NCBI GenBank assembly: GCA_015059545.1 | Contig: SVAG01000001.1 | Location: 64,970 to 128,969 of the forward strand | Source: Lactobacillales bacterium | Lineage (GTDB): Bacteria > Bacillota_I > Bacilli_A > RF39 > UBA660 | DNA: 64,000 bases | Direction of reading: 5' to 3' | Shown here: piece after piece, positions 28,373 through 36,685 of the stretch | Layout: each line of letters begins with the position of its first letter | How positions within the stretch are numbered: the stretch's first letter is position 1 | The notes under the pieces: generated by a model | Told to the model about the DNA's origin: nothing | The model's database searches: none | The model's input: the letters and a program-made list of their open reading frames with translations, nothing else | Translations under genes and position numbers: made by a program

Positions 28373-29362
28373 ATGTTTTCAAAAGATATAGGAATAGATT
28401 TAGGAACTGCTAATGTATTAGTTTATGTAAAAGGAGAAGGAATAGTATTAAATGAACCAAGTGTGGTAGCAATAGACTTTGATACAAAAAAAACACTAGC
28501 TATAGGAAGTAAAGCACACGATATGTTAGGAAGAACACCAGGAGATGTAAAAGCAATAAGACCACTTAAAGATGGAGTAATAGCAGATTTTGATGCAACA
28601 GAAGTAATGTTAAATCATTTTATAAAAGAAGTAAATGGAAAAAGTTTTTTTAATAGACCAAGAATACTTATTTGTTGTCCATCAAATATAACACAAGTAG
28701 AAAAAAATGCAATAAAAGAAGCAGCCGAAAGAACAGGGGCAAAAAAAGTATTTATAGAAGAAGAACCAAAGGTAGCTGCAGTAGGGGCAGGAATAGATAT
28801 ATCAGTACCAAGTGGTAGTATGGTAATAGATATAGGTGGAGGTACAACTGATATTGCTATATTATCATTAGGCGGAATAGTGACAAGTGCATCACTTAAA
28901 GTAGCAGGAGATACTTTTGATAATGATATAAAAAAATATATAAAAGATAAATATAAATTATTAATAGGAGATAGAACATCAGAAGAAATAAAATTAAAAA
29001 TTGGATGTGTATATCCAAAAAGTAGAAAAGAAAAAATGGAAGTAAAAGGAAGAAATTTAGTAACGGGTTTACCACATACAATTATTTTAACTAGTGAAGA
29101 AATAGAAGAAGCATTAAAGAAAAGTGCTAATATGATAGTAAATAAAGTAAAAAATGTACTAGAACAAACTCCTCCGGAATTAGCATCAGATATAATAAAT
29201 AAAGGTATAATGTTAACTGGAGGAGGAGCTTTAACAGTAGGATTGGACAAGTTATTAGAAAGTGAACTTAAAGTACCTGTTAAAATAGCAGAATCACCTT
29301 TAACTTGTGTAGCAGAAGGTACTGGAATACTACTTGATAATATAAATCTTATAGATAGATAA
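28373..29362 (+). CDS. mreB: Rod-shape-determining actin homologue MreB/Mbl
   Basis: 329 aa. DLGTANVLVYVKG phosphate-1 motif, DIGGGTTDIA phosphate-2 motif. Confidence 0.93.
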   Translation: MFSKDIGIDLGTANVLVYVKGEGIVLNEPSVVAIDFDTKKTLAIGSKAHDMLGRTPGDVKAIRPLKDGVIADFDATEVMLNHFIKEVNGKSFFNRPRILICCPSNITQVEKNAIKEAAERTGAKKVFIEEEPKVAAVGAGIDISVPSGSMVIDIGGGTTDIAILSLGGIVTSASLKVAGDTFDNDIKKYIKDKYKLLIGDRTSEEIKLKIGCVYPKSRKEKMEVKGRNLVTGLPHTIILTSEEIEEALKKSANMIVNKVKNVLEQTPPELASDIINKGIMLTGGGALTVGLDKLLESELKVPVKIAESPLTCVAEGTGILLDNINLIDR

Positions 29363-29406
29363 TAGACATAAAAACTATAAAATGGTATAATTAAATTGGT
29401 GGTAAT

Positions 29407-30465
29407 ATGAATCAAGAAATGATTTTAAAAATAGCTGGAATGATTTTAATACCATTTATATTTGTAGTATTATTAATACCAATGATAAAAAAAATAGCTA
29501 TAAAAATAAATGCAGTTGATGTTCCAGGAGGAAGACATATACATAAAAAAACAACCCCTAAATTAGGTGGATTAGCAATATTTTTTGGATTCTTACTAGG
29601 ATACATGATATTTGGAACACATAGTTCAATAATGAATGGAATTTTAATAGGAAGTTTTATAATCATACTTATAGGTGTAATTGATGATATAACAGAATTA
29701 GGAGCACTTCCTCAATTTATTGGACAACTTGCCTCGGCATGTGTAGTAGTTTTCTATGGAGGACTTCTTATAAAAGATGTAAATGCATTTGGACTTTATA
29801 TAGACTTTAGTATATTATCATATCCGCTTACAATATTTTTTATAGTAGGATGTATAAATTGTATAAATTTAATAGATGGATTAGATGGATTATCAGGAGG
29901 AATTAGTTCAATATATTATTTAACTATAGGAATAATTGCTATAATACAAGGGAAAACAGGATTAGATTTTGTACTAGCATTTACAATGTTAGGATCAACA
30001 TTAGGATTCTTAGTATATAACTTTAATCCAGCAAGTATATTTGCTGGAGACTGTGGATCAAATTTTATGGGATTTATGATAGCAGTTATAGCTTTACTAG
30101 GATTTAAAAATGTAACAATGACATCATTTATAATTCCACTTATAATACTTGCAATTCCAATATTAGATACATTATTTGCACTAATCAGAAGATTTTTAAA
30201 GAAACAACCATTATTTGAAGGAGATAAATTTCATCTACATCATCAATTTTTAAATAGAAATTTTACAACAAAACAAACAGTACTTATTATATATGTAATA
30301 GATGCATTATTCGCATTTGCTTCAATATTATATTTCTTAAATGATAAAGAAGTAGGATATGTTATTTATAGTATATTATTAATATTAGTTGTAATATTTG
30401 TACTTAAAACAAATATAGTATTTGATAGAGAATTAATAAAACAAAAATTTAAAAAGTCTAAATAG
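29407..30465 (+). CDS. Glycosyltransferase family 4, polyprenyl-phosphate N-acetylhexosamine-1-phosphate transferase (WecA/TagO/MraY-like)
   Basis: 352 aa polytopic membrane protein. DDxxE (IGVIDDITEL) and NLIDGLDGLSGG motifs. Confidence 0.8.
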   Translation: MNQEMILKIAGMILIPFIFVVLLIPMIKKIAIKINAVDVPGGRHIHKKTTPKLGGLAIFFGFLLGYMIFGTHSSIMNGILIGSFIIILIGVIDDITELGALPQFIGQLASACVVVFYGGLLIKDVNAFGLYIDFSILSYPLTIFFIVGCINCINLIDGLDGLSGGISSIYYLTIGIIAIIQGKTGLDFVLAFTMLGSTLGFLVYNFNPASIFAGDCGSNFMGFMIAVIALLGFKNVTMTSFIIPLIILAIPILDTLFALIRRFLKKQPLFEGDKFHLHHQFLNRNFTTKQTVLIIYVIDALFAFASILYFLNDKEVGYVIYSILLILVVIFVLKTNIVFDRELIKQKFKKSK

Positions 30466-30518
30466 ACTTTTTTTGTATACAATAAAAAATATATGGAATA
30501 CTAAATTTAGGTGATAGT

Positions 30519-31235
30519 ATGAATATAGGAGAAACATTAATGGTTATTCCAAGAAGTTTATTTGCTATAATATTACTCTATTTAGTTACTAAATTAATAG
30601 GAAGAAAACAATTGTCAGAATTAAGTTTATTTGACTATGTAATAGGAATATCAATTGGTAATTTTGCAGCTGAAATGATAATAAATATGGATACACCATA
30701 TTATTATGGATGTATAGCAATGATAACATTTGGTTTAGTTGCATATTTAGTTTCAATAATAACAATGAAAAGTATTAAACTAAGAAGACTTATAATAGGA
30801 ACACCTACAATAGTAATACAAAATGGAAAAATATTAGAATCAAATCTAAAAAAATTAAAAATGGATATAAATGATTTATTAGAACAAATAAGAATAGGTG
30901 GAGTATTTGATTTAAGTGAAGTAGAATACGCAATAGAAGAAGCAAATGGTAAATTAACAATTATGAAAAAAAGTATGTTTAATCCATTAACTCCAAATGA
31001 TATGAATATAAAGGTAAAAAGAACTGATTTAGTTGCTAATGTAATAATAGATTCTAAAGTACTAATTAATAATTTAAAAAATATGAATAAGACAGAAGAA
31101 TGGTTAGAAAAAGAACTAAAAATTAAAGGATATAGAGATTTAAATAAAATATTATTAGCTACTTTAGATATAAATGAAAAATTAACAATTTATGAAAAAA
31201 ATATAAATTTAGAACCTAATAAAATATTGGAATAA
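30519..31235 (+). CDS. DUF421 / YetF-domain membrane protein
   Basis: 238 aa. N-terminal LFAIILLYLVTKLIGRKQLSELSLFDYVIGISIGN is typical of YetF/YdfS-type spore-associated proteins. Confidence 0.7.
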   Translation: MNIGETLMVIPRSLFAIILLYLVTKLIGRKQLSELSLFDYVIGISIGNFAAEMIINMDTPYYYGCIAMITFGLVAYLVSIITMKSIKLRRLIIGTPTIVIQNGKILESNLKKLKMDINDLLEQIRIGGVFDLSEVEYAIEEANGKLTIMKKSMFNPLTPNDMNIKVKRTDLVANVIIDSKVLINNLKNMNKTEEWLEKELKIKGYRDLNKILLATLDINEKLTIYEKNINLEPNKILE

Positions 31236-31282
31236 TATTGAATAAATAATTTAAATTTGATATTATTATACTAGGTGATATC

Positions 31283-32236
31283 ATGAAGATAATAAGGGAC
31301 GGCAAAGAAATAGATGTACTAGTAATTACATATTTTAAATTAAAAGAAAAAATGTTTTCAACTTCTGTTGAAGATGTTGAATATGTAATGTATACAATAC
31401 CACAAGATACAAAAGTAAGAACTATATATTTATCACGTTTAACTATAGAAAATAAATTGATATTACCTTCAAAAGAAGAATTAGAATCATTAAAAAAAAT
31501 AATAGAAAATTTTTTGTCATCAAGAACAGACGAAATACAACTAGTGAAAAACAAATATGAATATATAGATATTAATAAATTAGAAAATATAGAAATTATA
31601 GAAGAATCAAAACAAAAAATCGAATTACCAACAGAAAAATACATAAAATTACTTTCTAATAAATACTTAACTTATCCAAAATTAAAAATATTAAATATAG
31701 AAGAAATAATGAAAGAAGGATATGAAAAAAATAATAAAATAGCAATCAATATATGTACTAAAGTTTTATTAATATATTCAGGAATAATTGCATTATTACA
31801 TATTATATTAATGATTAATGGATTAGGACAACTAAGTTTATTTAAACTAAGTGGTCCAACAATTGTTTTATGGACACTAGTTATTTCATTAATAAGTATG
31901 ACAGCATTTAATTTTGAAGAAAAATCATCAATAGAATCATGGTTTATAGTATTTTTAATAATATTTATATTTATAATATCTTTATCAGCAATACAAGGAA
32001 TGGTACTAATACCACCAATTACTTTAATGAGTTTGGTGTATTCAATTATATTTACTATTCCATATGCACTAGCTAAAAAAATATCATTTAAAATAGTAAA
32101 TAAGTATAAATGTAGAAATTATTTAACATATTTTTGTGTATATTTAATTCCATTTGCTAGTATATTCTTAATATTAACTAAATTATATAATAGTGTTTTT
32201 TACGAATATATAAATCAAATATTAAATAAGTTTTAA
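31283..32236 (+). CDS. Hypothetical polytopic membrane protein
   Basis: 317 aa. Soluble N-terminal about 140 aa, then 4-5 TM helices. SD AGGTGATA. Confidence 0.55.
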   Translation: MKIIRDGKEIDVLVITYFKLKEKMFSTSVEDVEYVMYTIPQDTKVRTIYLSRLTIENKLILPSKEELESLKKIIENFLSSRTDEIQLVKNKYEYIDINKLENIEIIEESKQKIELPTEKYIKLLSNKYLTYPKLKILNIEEIMKEGYEKNNKIAINICTKVLLIYSGIIALLHIILMINGLGQLSLFKLSGPTIVLWTLVISLISMTAFNFEEKSSIESWFIVFLIIFIFIISLSAIQGMVLIPPITLMSLVYSIIFTIPYALAKKISFKIVNKYKCRNYLTYFCVYLIPFASIFLILTKLYNSVFYEYINQILNKF

Positions 32237-32263
32237 AAAATTGAAGTATTACTTCAATTTTTC
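32237..32263. terminator. Bidirectional terminator between convergent genes
   Basis: aattgaagt / acttcaatt stem flanked by an A-run and a T-run. Overlaps the nuclease stop codon. Confidence 0.65.
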
Positions 32264-32872
32264 TTTTAATAATTTTTTACCTTTTCTTAAAGCTTTACGT
32301 CTAGCTTTTTTATCAAAATATAAATATATACATATAGCTAAAATAACAATAACAGTTATAATAACTTTATACCATATATTCATATTTATAATAAAATCTT
32401 TTAAAGTATTTTTATCATCTTTCCATATACCAATTTTATTGTTCTTAGCTTTACTTTCTTCTTTTTCTAATAAAGAAGTATATTTGTAATCATCATAAAG
32501 GTAAGCAACACGAGCTAACCCTTTACTAATTAATTCTTTTTGTAATAAACTATCATCTACATAAATCCATACTAAATAACGATTGTATTTATCTTGTTTT
32601 TCACTATTAGAATCAAATTCAATAGTGATTTTTTTAGCTTCTTTTAATCTTTTACAAGTATAATCACTTGCTTCTTTACCAAATGGTTCTTTTTCTTTAG
32701 TATATTCTGGAGTATCAATTGCTAAAAATCTTAATTTGACTTCTTCATTATTATAAATAAATCTAGCAGTATCTCCATCTACACAAGAAGAAAATTTAAC
32801 TTGTTCTAAAGCATTTACACTAAAAGGTAAAAAAATAAATAAACTTATTAAAATTCCATATATCTTTTTCAT
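32249..32872 (-). CDS. Thermonuclease (staphylococcal nuclease / SNase fold), secreted and C-terminally membrane-tethered
   Basis: 207 aa. Signal peptide. SNase motifs DGDTARF, LRFLAIDTPE, RYLVWIYVD. C-terminal TM helix plus a basic tail. Confidence 0.85.
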   Translation of the reverse strand: MKKIYGILISLFIFLPFSVNALEQVKFSSCVDGDTARFIYNNEEVKLRFLAIDTPEYTKEKEPFGKEASDYTCKRLKEAKKITIEFDSNSEKQDKYNRYLVWIYVDDSLLQKELISKGLARVAYLYDDYKYTSLLEKEESKAKNNKIGIWKDDKNTLKDFIINMNIWYKVIITVIVILAICIYLYFDKKARRKALRKGKKLLKEKLK

Positions 32873-32960
32873 ACTATCACAATAATATTATAATACAAAA
32901 AAACTTTACAGACAACGTTTTTTTGTGATATACTAATTGCTGGCAAGAGGAAGTGTAAAT

Positions 32961-34772
32961 ATGAAAAATATAAGAAATGTTGCAATAATAGCACACGTAG
33001 ACCATGGTAAAACAACATTAGTAGATCAATTATTAAAAAGTTCAGGAACATTTAGAGAAAATGAACAAGTAGATGTAAGAGTAATGGATTCAAATGATAT
33101 TGAAAAAGAAAGAGGAATCACAATATTAGCTAAAACAACAGCTATTAACTATAAAGATTGTCGTATTAATATATTAGATACACCAGGACATGCTGATTTT
33201 GGTGGAGAAGTAGAACGTATAATGAATATGGTTGATGGAGTACTTTTAGTAGTAGATGCATATGAAGGAACAATGCCCCAAACAAGATTTGTTCTAAAAA
33301 AAGCATTAGAAGCTGGAGTAACACCTATAGTAGTGGTTAATAAAATAGATAAACCAACTGCAAGACCATTACAAGTAGTAGATGAAGTATTAGATTTATT
33401 TATAGAATTAGGTGCAGATGAAGATCAATTAGAATTCCCAGTAATATATGCATCAGCCCTTTCAGGAACTTCAAGTTTTGAACCAGACTTACAAACACAA
33501 AAAGAAACAATGAATCCTATATTAGATACAATATTAGACTATATACCAGCACCAAAAGTAGAAGTAGATGGAACTTTACAATTCCAACCAGCACTACTAG
33601 ATTATAATGATTTCGTAGGAAGAATAGGAATAGGTGTTGTAAAAAGAGGAAAAATAAAAGTAAATCAAATGGTTTCATGTGTTAGATTAGATGGATCAAT
33701 TAAACAATTTAGAATAGCTAAAATGTTTGGATTTATCGGTTTAAAAAGAATAGAAATCGAAGAAGCAGAAGCAGGAGATATCATAGCTATATCTGGACTT
33801 CCAGATATAAGTGTAGGTGAAACTGTATGTGAAGTAGGAAATGAAGATGCACTTCCACACTTAAGAATAGATGAACCAACACTTCAAATGACATTCGGTG
33901 TTAATACTTCTCCATTTGTAGGAAGAGAAGGTAAATTTGTTACAGCAAGACAAATAGAAGAAAGATTAAGAAAAGAAACAGAAAGAGATGTATCTTTAAA
34001 AATAACTCCAAATGATAATGAATCATTCATCGTATCAGGAAGAGGAGAATTACACTTATCAATACTTATTGAAAATATGAGAAGAGAAGGATTTGAACTT
34101 CAAGTATCAAAACCAGAAATAATTGTAAAAGAAATAGATGGTGTAAAATGTGAACCATTTGAAGATGTTCAAATAGATGTTCCAGAAGAATATGTTGGTT
34201 CTGTAATAGAAGCTTTAGGAAACCGTGAAGGTATTATGGAAAATATGACTAATCAAGAAAATCAAGTAAGATTAAGTTATATAGTTCCATCACGTGGATT
34301 AATCGGATTCTCAACAGAATTTATGACTATGACTAAAGGATATGGTATGTTAAATCATACATTTAAAGAATATAGAAAAATGGCAAGTAATAATGTTGGA
34401 GAAAGAAAACTTGGAGTATTAGTTTCTATGGAAAACGGTAAATCTACAGCATACGCTATAGGTGGACTTGAAGACAGAGGAATTATGTTTATCGAACCAG
34501 GTACAGATGTATATGAAGGTATGATAGTAGGAGAACATTCTCATGACAATGACCTAGCAGTTAATGTTGTTAAAGGTAAAAACTTAACAAACACAAGAAG
34601 TGCTGGAAAAGATCATACTGTAGTATTAAAAAGACCAAGACAAATGAGTTTAGAAGTTTGTTTAGATTATATAAATAGTGATGAATTAGTAGAAATTACA
34701 CCACTTAATTATAGATTACGTAAAAGAATATTAAATACAAATGAAAGAAAGAAATTTGACAGCAAAAAATAG
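32961..34772 (+). CDS. typA: Translational GTPase TypA/BipA
   Basis: G1 AHVDHGKTT, DTPGHADF. Length and domain order match BipA. Start at ATG 32961 after SD GAGGAAG. The track's 32937 start is a TTG with no SD. Confidence 0.93.
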   Translation: MKNIRNVAIIAHVDHGKTTLVDQLLKSSGTFRENEQVDVRVMDSNDIEKERGITILAKTTAINYKDCRINILDTPGHADFGGEVERIMNMVDGVLLVVDAYEGTMPQTRFVLKKALEAGVTPIVVVNKIDKPTARPLQVVDEVLDLFIELGADEDQLEFPVIYASALSGTSSFEPDLQTQKETMNPILDTILDYIPAPKVEVDGTLQFQPALLDYNDFVGRIGIGVVKRGKIKVNQMVSCVRLDGSIKQFRIAKMFGFIGLKRIEIEEAEAGDIIAISGLPDISVGETVCEVGNEDALPHLRIDEPTLQMTFGVNTSPFVGREGKFVTARQIEERLRKETERDVSLKITPNDNESFIVSGRGELHLSILIENMRREGFELQVSKPEIIVKEIDGVKCEPFEDVQIDVPEEYVGSVIEALGNREGIMENMTNQENQVRLSYIVPSRGLIGFSTEFMTMTKGYGMLNHTFKEYRKMASNNVGERKLGVLVSMENGKSTAYAIGGLEDRGIMFIEPGTDVYEGMIVGEHSHDNDLAVNVVKGKNLTNTRSAGKDHTVVLKRPRQMSLEVCLDYINSDELVEITPLNYRLRKRILNTNERKKFDSKK

Positions 34773-34792
34773 GAGTTTAACTCCTATTTTTC
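34771..34792. terminator. Bidirectional terminator (typA and convergent XRE gene)
   Basis: aggag / ctcct stem, then a T-run. The stop codons of both convergent genes abut it. Confidence 0.55.
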
Positions 34793-35014
34793 TTCTTCAA
34801 AGAACTTAACAATAGGTACTTCAAGAATATTTGCAATTTGTTCTAAAGTATCTATTGATATAGTTTGATGTGTTACCGATTCTAATTTTGCTATAAAACT
34901 ATCACTTAAAAGTAATTTTTCAGCTAACTCTCTTTGAGTCCATCCTTTTAACTTACGATATTTTTTAATGTTTTTACCTATAACATTATATATGTTTGTT
35001 TCATTACTACTCAT
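34784..35014 (-). CDS. XRE-family HTH transcriptional regulator (76 aa)
   Basis: KKYRKLKGWTQRELAEKLLLSDSFIAKLE, a Cro/cI-type HTH. Confidence 0.8.
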   Translation of the reverse strand: MSSNETNIYNVIGKNIKKYRKLKGWTQRELAEKLLLSDSFIAKLESVTHQTISIDTLEQIANILEVPIVKFFEEEK

Positions 35015-35103
35015 CTATATCACCACCTTAATTTTCTCACAAAAATCGTATATTTGTTATAGACTAATAATCTAATATAATGTATAATGAATAAGGTGAT
35101 AAT

Positions 35104-35304
35104 ATGTATCAAAAATTAAAAAAAGTTAGAAAAGAAAATAATTTATCTATATATGATATGGCAGATAAATTAAATATATCTTCTGTACAATATTATTATA
35201 TAGAAAACCAAAAACGTATTTTATTTTATGATATGGCTATAAAAATATCTCGTATTTTTAATATGAAACCAGATGACTTATTTTATACAAAAAAATCAAA
35301 TTAA
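35104..35304 (+). CDS. XRE-family HTH protein (66 aa)
   Basis: LKKVRKENNLSIYDMADKLNISSVQYYYIE. Divergent from the other XRE gene with a 89-bp spacer. Its 3' end overlaps the cotJC stop by 4 nt. Confidence 0.7.
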   Translation: MYQKLKKVRKENNLSIYDMADKLNISSVQYYYIENQKRILFYDMAIKISRIFNMKPDDLFYTKKSN

Positions 35305-35861
35305 TTAATTTGATTTTTTAAATAGTAATTTCTAAGTTCTTTAAATCTTTGATAGTGAACAACTTCTCTTTGTCTTAAGAAAGATAAAGGTTTTAAAACA
35401 TCTGGATCATTTGTTAAATCCATTAAATGTTCATAAGTAGCTCTAGCTCTTTGTTCAGCAGCCATATTACTTTCTAAATCAGCAATATGATCTCCACTAG
35501 CTTCTATATAAGCAGTAGTAAAAGGAACGCCATTAGGGTCATTTAAGAATAAAGCACTATCATGCATTGAAAAATGTCCACCTAATCCAGCAGCTTTTAT
35601 TTCATCGATAGTAGCTCCTTTCATAAGTTGAAAAATCATCGCACTTATCATTTCTAAGTGAGCTAATTCTTCAGTAGCTATATCAGTAAGTAAAGCTTTA
35701 CCTTTTTCATCTGGCATAGTATATCTTTGATTTAAGTATCTTAAACATGCCGCAAGTTCAGAATCAGGTCCACCATACTGACTCATTAAATATTTAGCCA
35801 TTTTTAAATCTTTTTTCTTGATATCTACAGGATATTGTAATTTCTTTTCATATATAAACAT
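35301..35861 (-). CDS. cotJC: Manganese catalase-family spore coat protein CotJC
   Basis: 186 aa. Mn-catalase (ferritin-like) motifs ELAACLRYLNQRY and EELAHLEMI. Directly downstream of the cotJB-like gene. Confidence 0.85.
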   Translation of the reverse strand: MFIYEKKLQYPVDIKKKDLKMAKYLMSQYGGPDSELAACLRYLNQRYTMPDEKGKALLTDIATEELAHLEMISAMIFQLMKGATIDEIKAAGLGGHFSMHDSALFLNDPNGVPFTTAYIEASGDHIADLESNMAAEQRARATYEHLMDLTNDPDVLKPLSFLRQREVVHYQRFKELRNYYLKNQIN

Positions 35862-35870
35862 ATTAACCTC

Positions 35871-36305
35871 CTAATTTTCCCAAGGCCAAGGACGATCATC
35901 CCAGCTCCATGGAACTTTGTTAGTAGCATTACTACTTACTAAAAGTGGACCAAATTTACTTTGATATTCCTCTTTTAGTTTATTAGCTTCCATTCTATAT
36001 TGATTAAAAAGTTCAATCATATCCTTATCATCTGGATAAATATCTAAGTAAAGATTTATATCATGAGCTGCAAAACATATCGCATCAACATATAAAAGTA
36101 AAGATTCTTTATCATTAGCTGGTGTAACATCAAGTGGTTTTTCTAATTTATAACCGTTATATAAGCTAGGAAACATATTTCCTCTAATAAATCCATTATA
36201 TGGATCATATAAAGATGATGGATTTTCATCTTTAGTATACATAGGTTGATTATAATTATTATTTGTATAATTATAATAATCTAATTTATTTCTATAATCG
36301 TACAT
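35871..36305 (-). CDS. cotJB: Spore coat protein CotJB-family, with a 60-aa Tyr/Asn-rich N-terminal extension (possible CotJA-JB fusion)
   Basis: 144 aa. The C-terminal half matches CotJB (YVDAICFAAHDINLYLDIYPDDKDMIELF). No separate cotJA ORF upstream. Confidence 0.65.
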   Translation of the reverse strand: MYDYRNKLDYYNYTNNNYNQPMYTKDENPSSLYDPYNGFIRGNMFPSLYNGYKLEKPLDVTPANDKESLLLYVDAICFAAHDINLYLDIYPDDKDMIELFNQYRMEANKLKEEYQSKFGPLLVSSNATNKVPWSWDDRPWPWEN

Positions 36306-36398
36306 ATTTTTCCTCCCATATTATCGTACGTTTTTAAATATTTTATGTATAGGTAAGTGTCTATTTTTATTAAATTAAACGTTTTTTATATAAAAGTA

Positions 36399-36427
36399 TT
36401 GTCAAAATAAAAAAAAATTGATAAAAT
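36399..36427 (+). promoter_or_regulatory. Candidate sigma-A promoter for tRNA-His (TTGTCA-17-TAAAAT)
   Basis: -35/-10 hexamers with a 17-nt spacer, 18 nt upstream of the tRNA 5' end. Confidence 0.45.
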
Positions 36428-36444
36428 ATACTAGTAATTTAGAT

Positions 36445-36521
36445 GGCGTGATTGGTGAAGTGGTTAACACGGCGGATTGTGGTTCCGTTATGCATGGGTT
36501 CGATCCCCATATCGCGCCCCA
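36445..36521 (+). tRNA. tRNA-His (anticodon GUG) with genomically encoded G-1 and CCA
   Basis: Cloverleaf folded by hand. Acceptor ggcgtga / tcgcgcc with an extra 5' G paired to discriminator C73. Anticodon loop ttGTGgt. T-arm atggg-ttcgatc-cccat. 3' CCA encoded. Confidence 0.85.
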
Positions 36522-36531
36522 TCGAGAAAAC

Positions 36532-36568
36532 AAAGTGAAATTTTAATTTCACTTTTTATTTTTTTTTT
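36532..36568 (+). terminator. Rho-independent terminator after tRNA-His
   Basis: Perfect 11-bp stem aaagtgaaatt / aatttcacttt, then T-rich ttattttttttt. Confidence 0.7.
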
Positions 36569-36639
36569 AAAAATTTATATTTTAGAATGTTGTTTTATCT
36601 GTTTTTTTATATAAAATACTACTTTTTTAAATCAATTAT

Positions 36640-36668
36640 TTGTTGGTAGAGTTTTAGTATGTTATAAT
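36640..36668 (+). promoter_or_regulatory. Promoter with extended -10 (TTGTTG-17-TGtTATAAT) for the ankyrin-repeat gene
   Basis: TGnTATAAT at 36660-36668. A -35-like hexamer lies 17 nt upstream. Confidence 0.45.
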
Positions 36669-36685
36669 TTTTTTGAGGTGTGATT

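Noticed and set aside
28615-29415. 266-aa minus-strand ORF
   Set aside because: Entirely antisense to mreB. Ile/Phe/Ser-rich with no SD. This is a typical shadow ORF in an AT-rich genome. The same applies to 24675..25142 (antisense to the BI-1 gene), 19074..19415 and 16200..16481 (antisense to the pilin-like gene), 31216..31644, 22724..23044, 49442..49717, 52722..53027 and 55233..55559.
32241-32489. 82-aa plus-strand ORF
   Set aside because: Antisense to the well-supported thermonuclease gene. It starts inside the bidirectional terminator.
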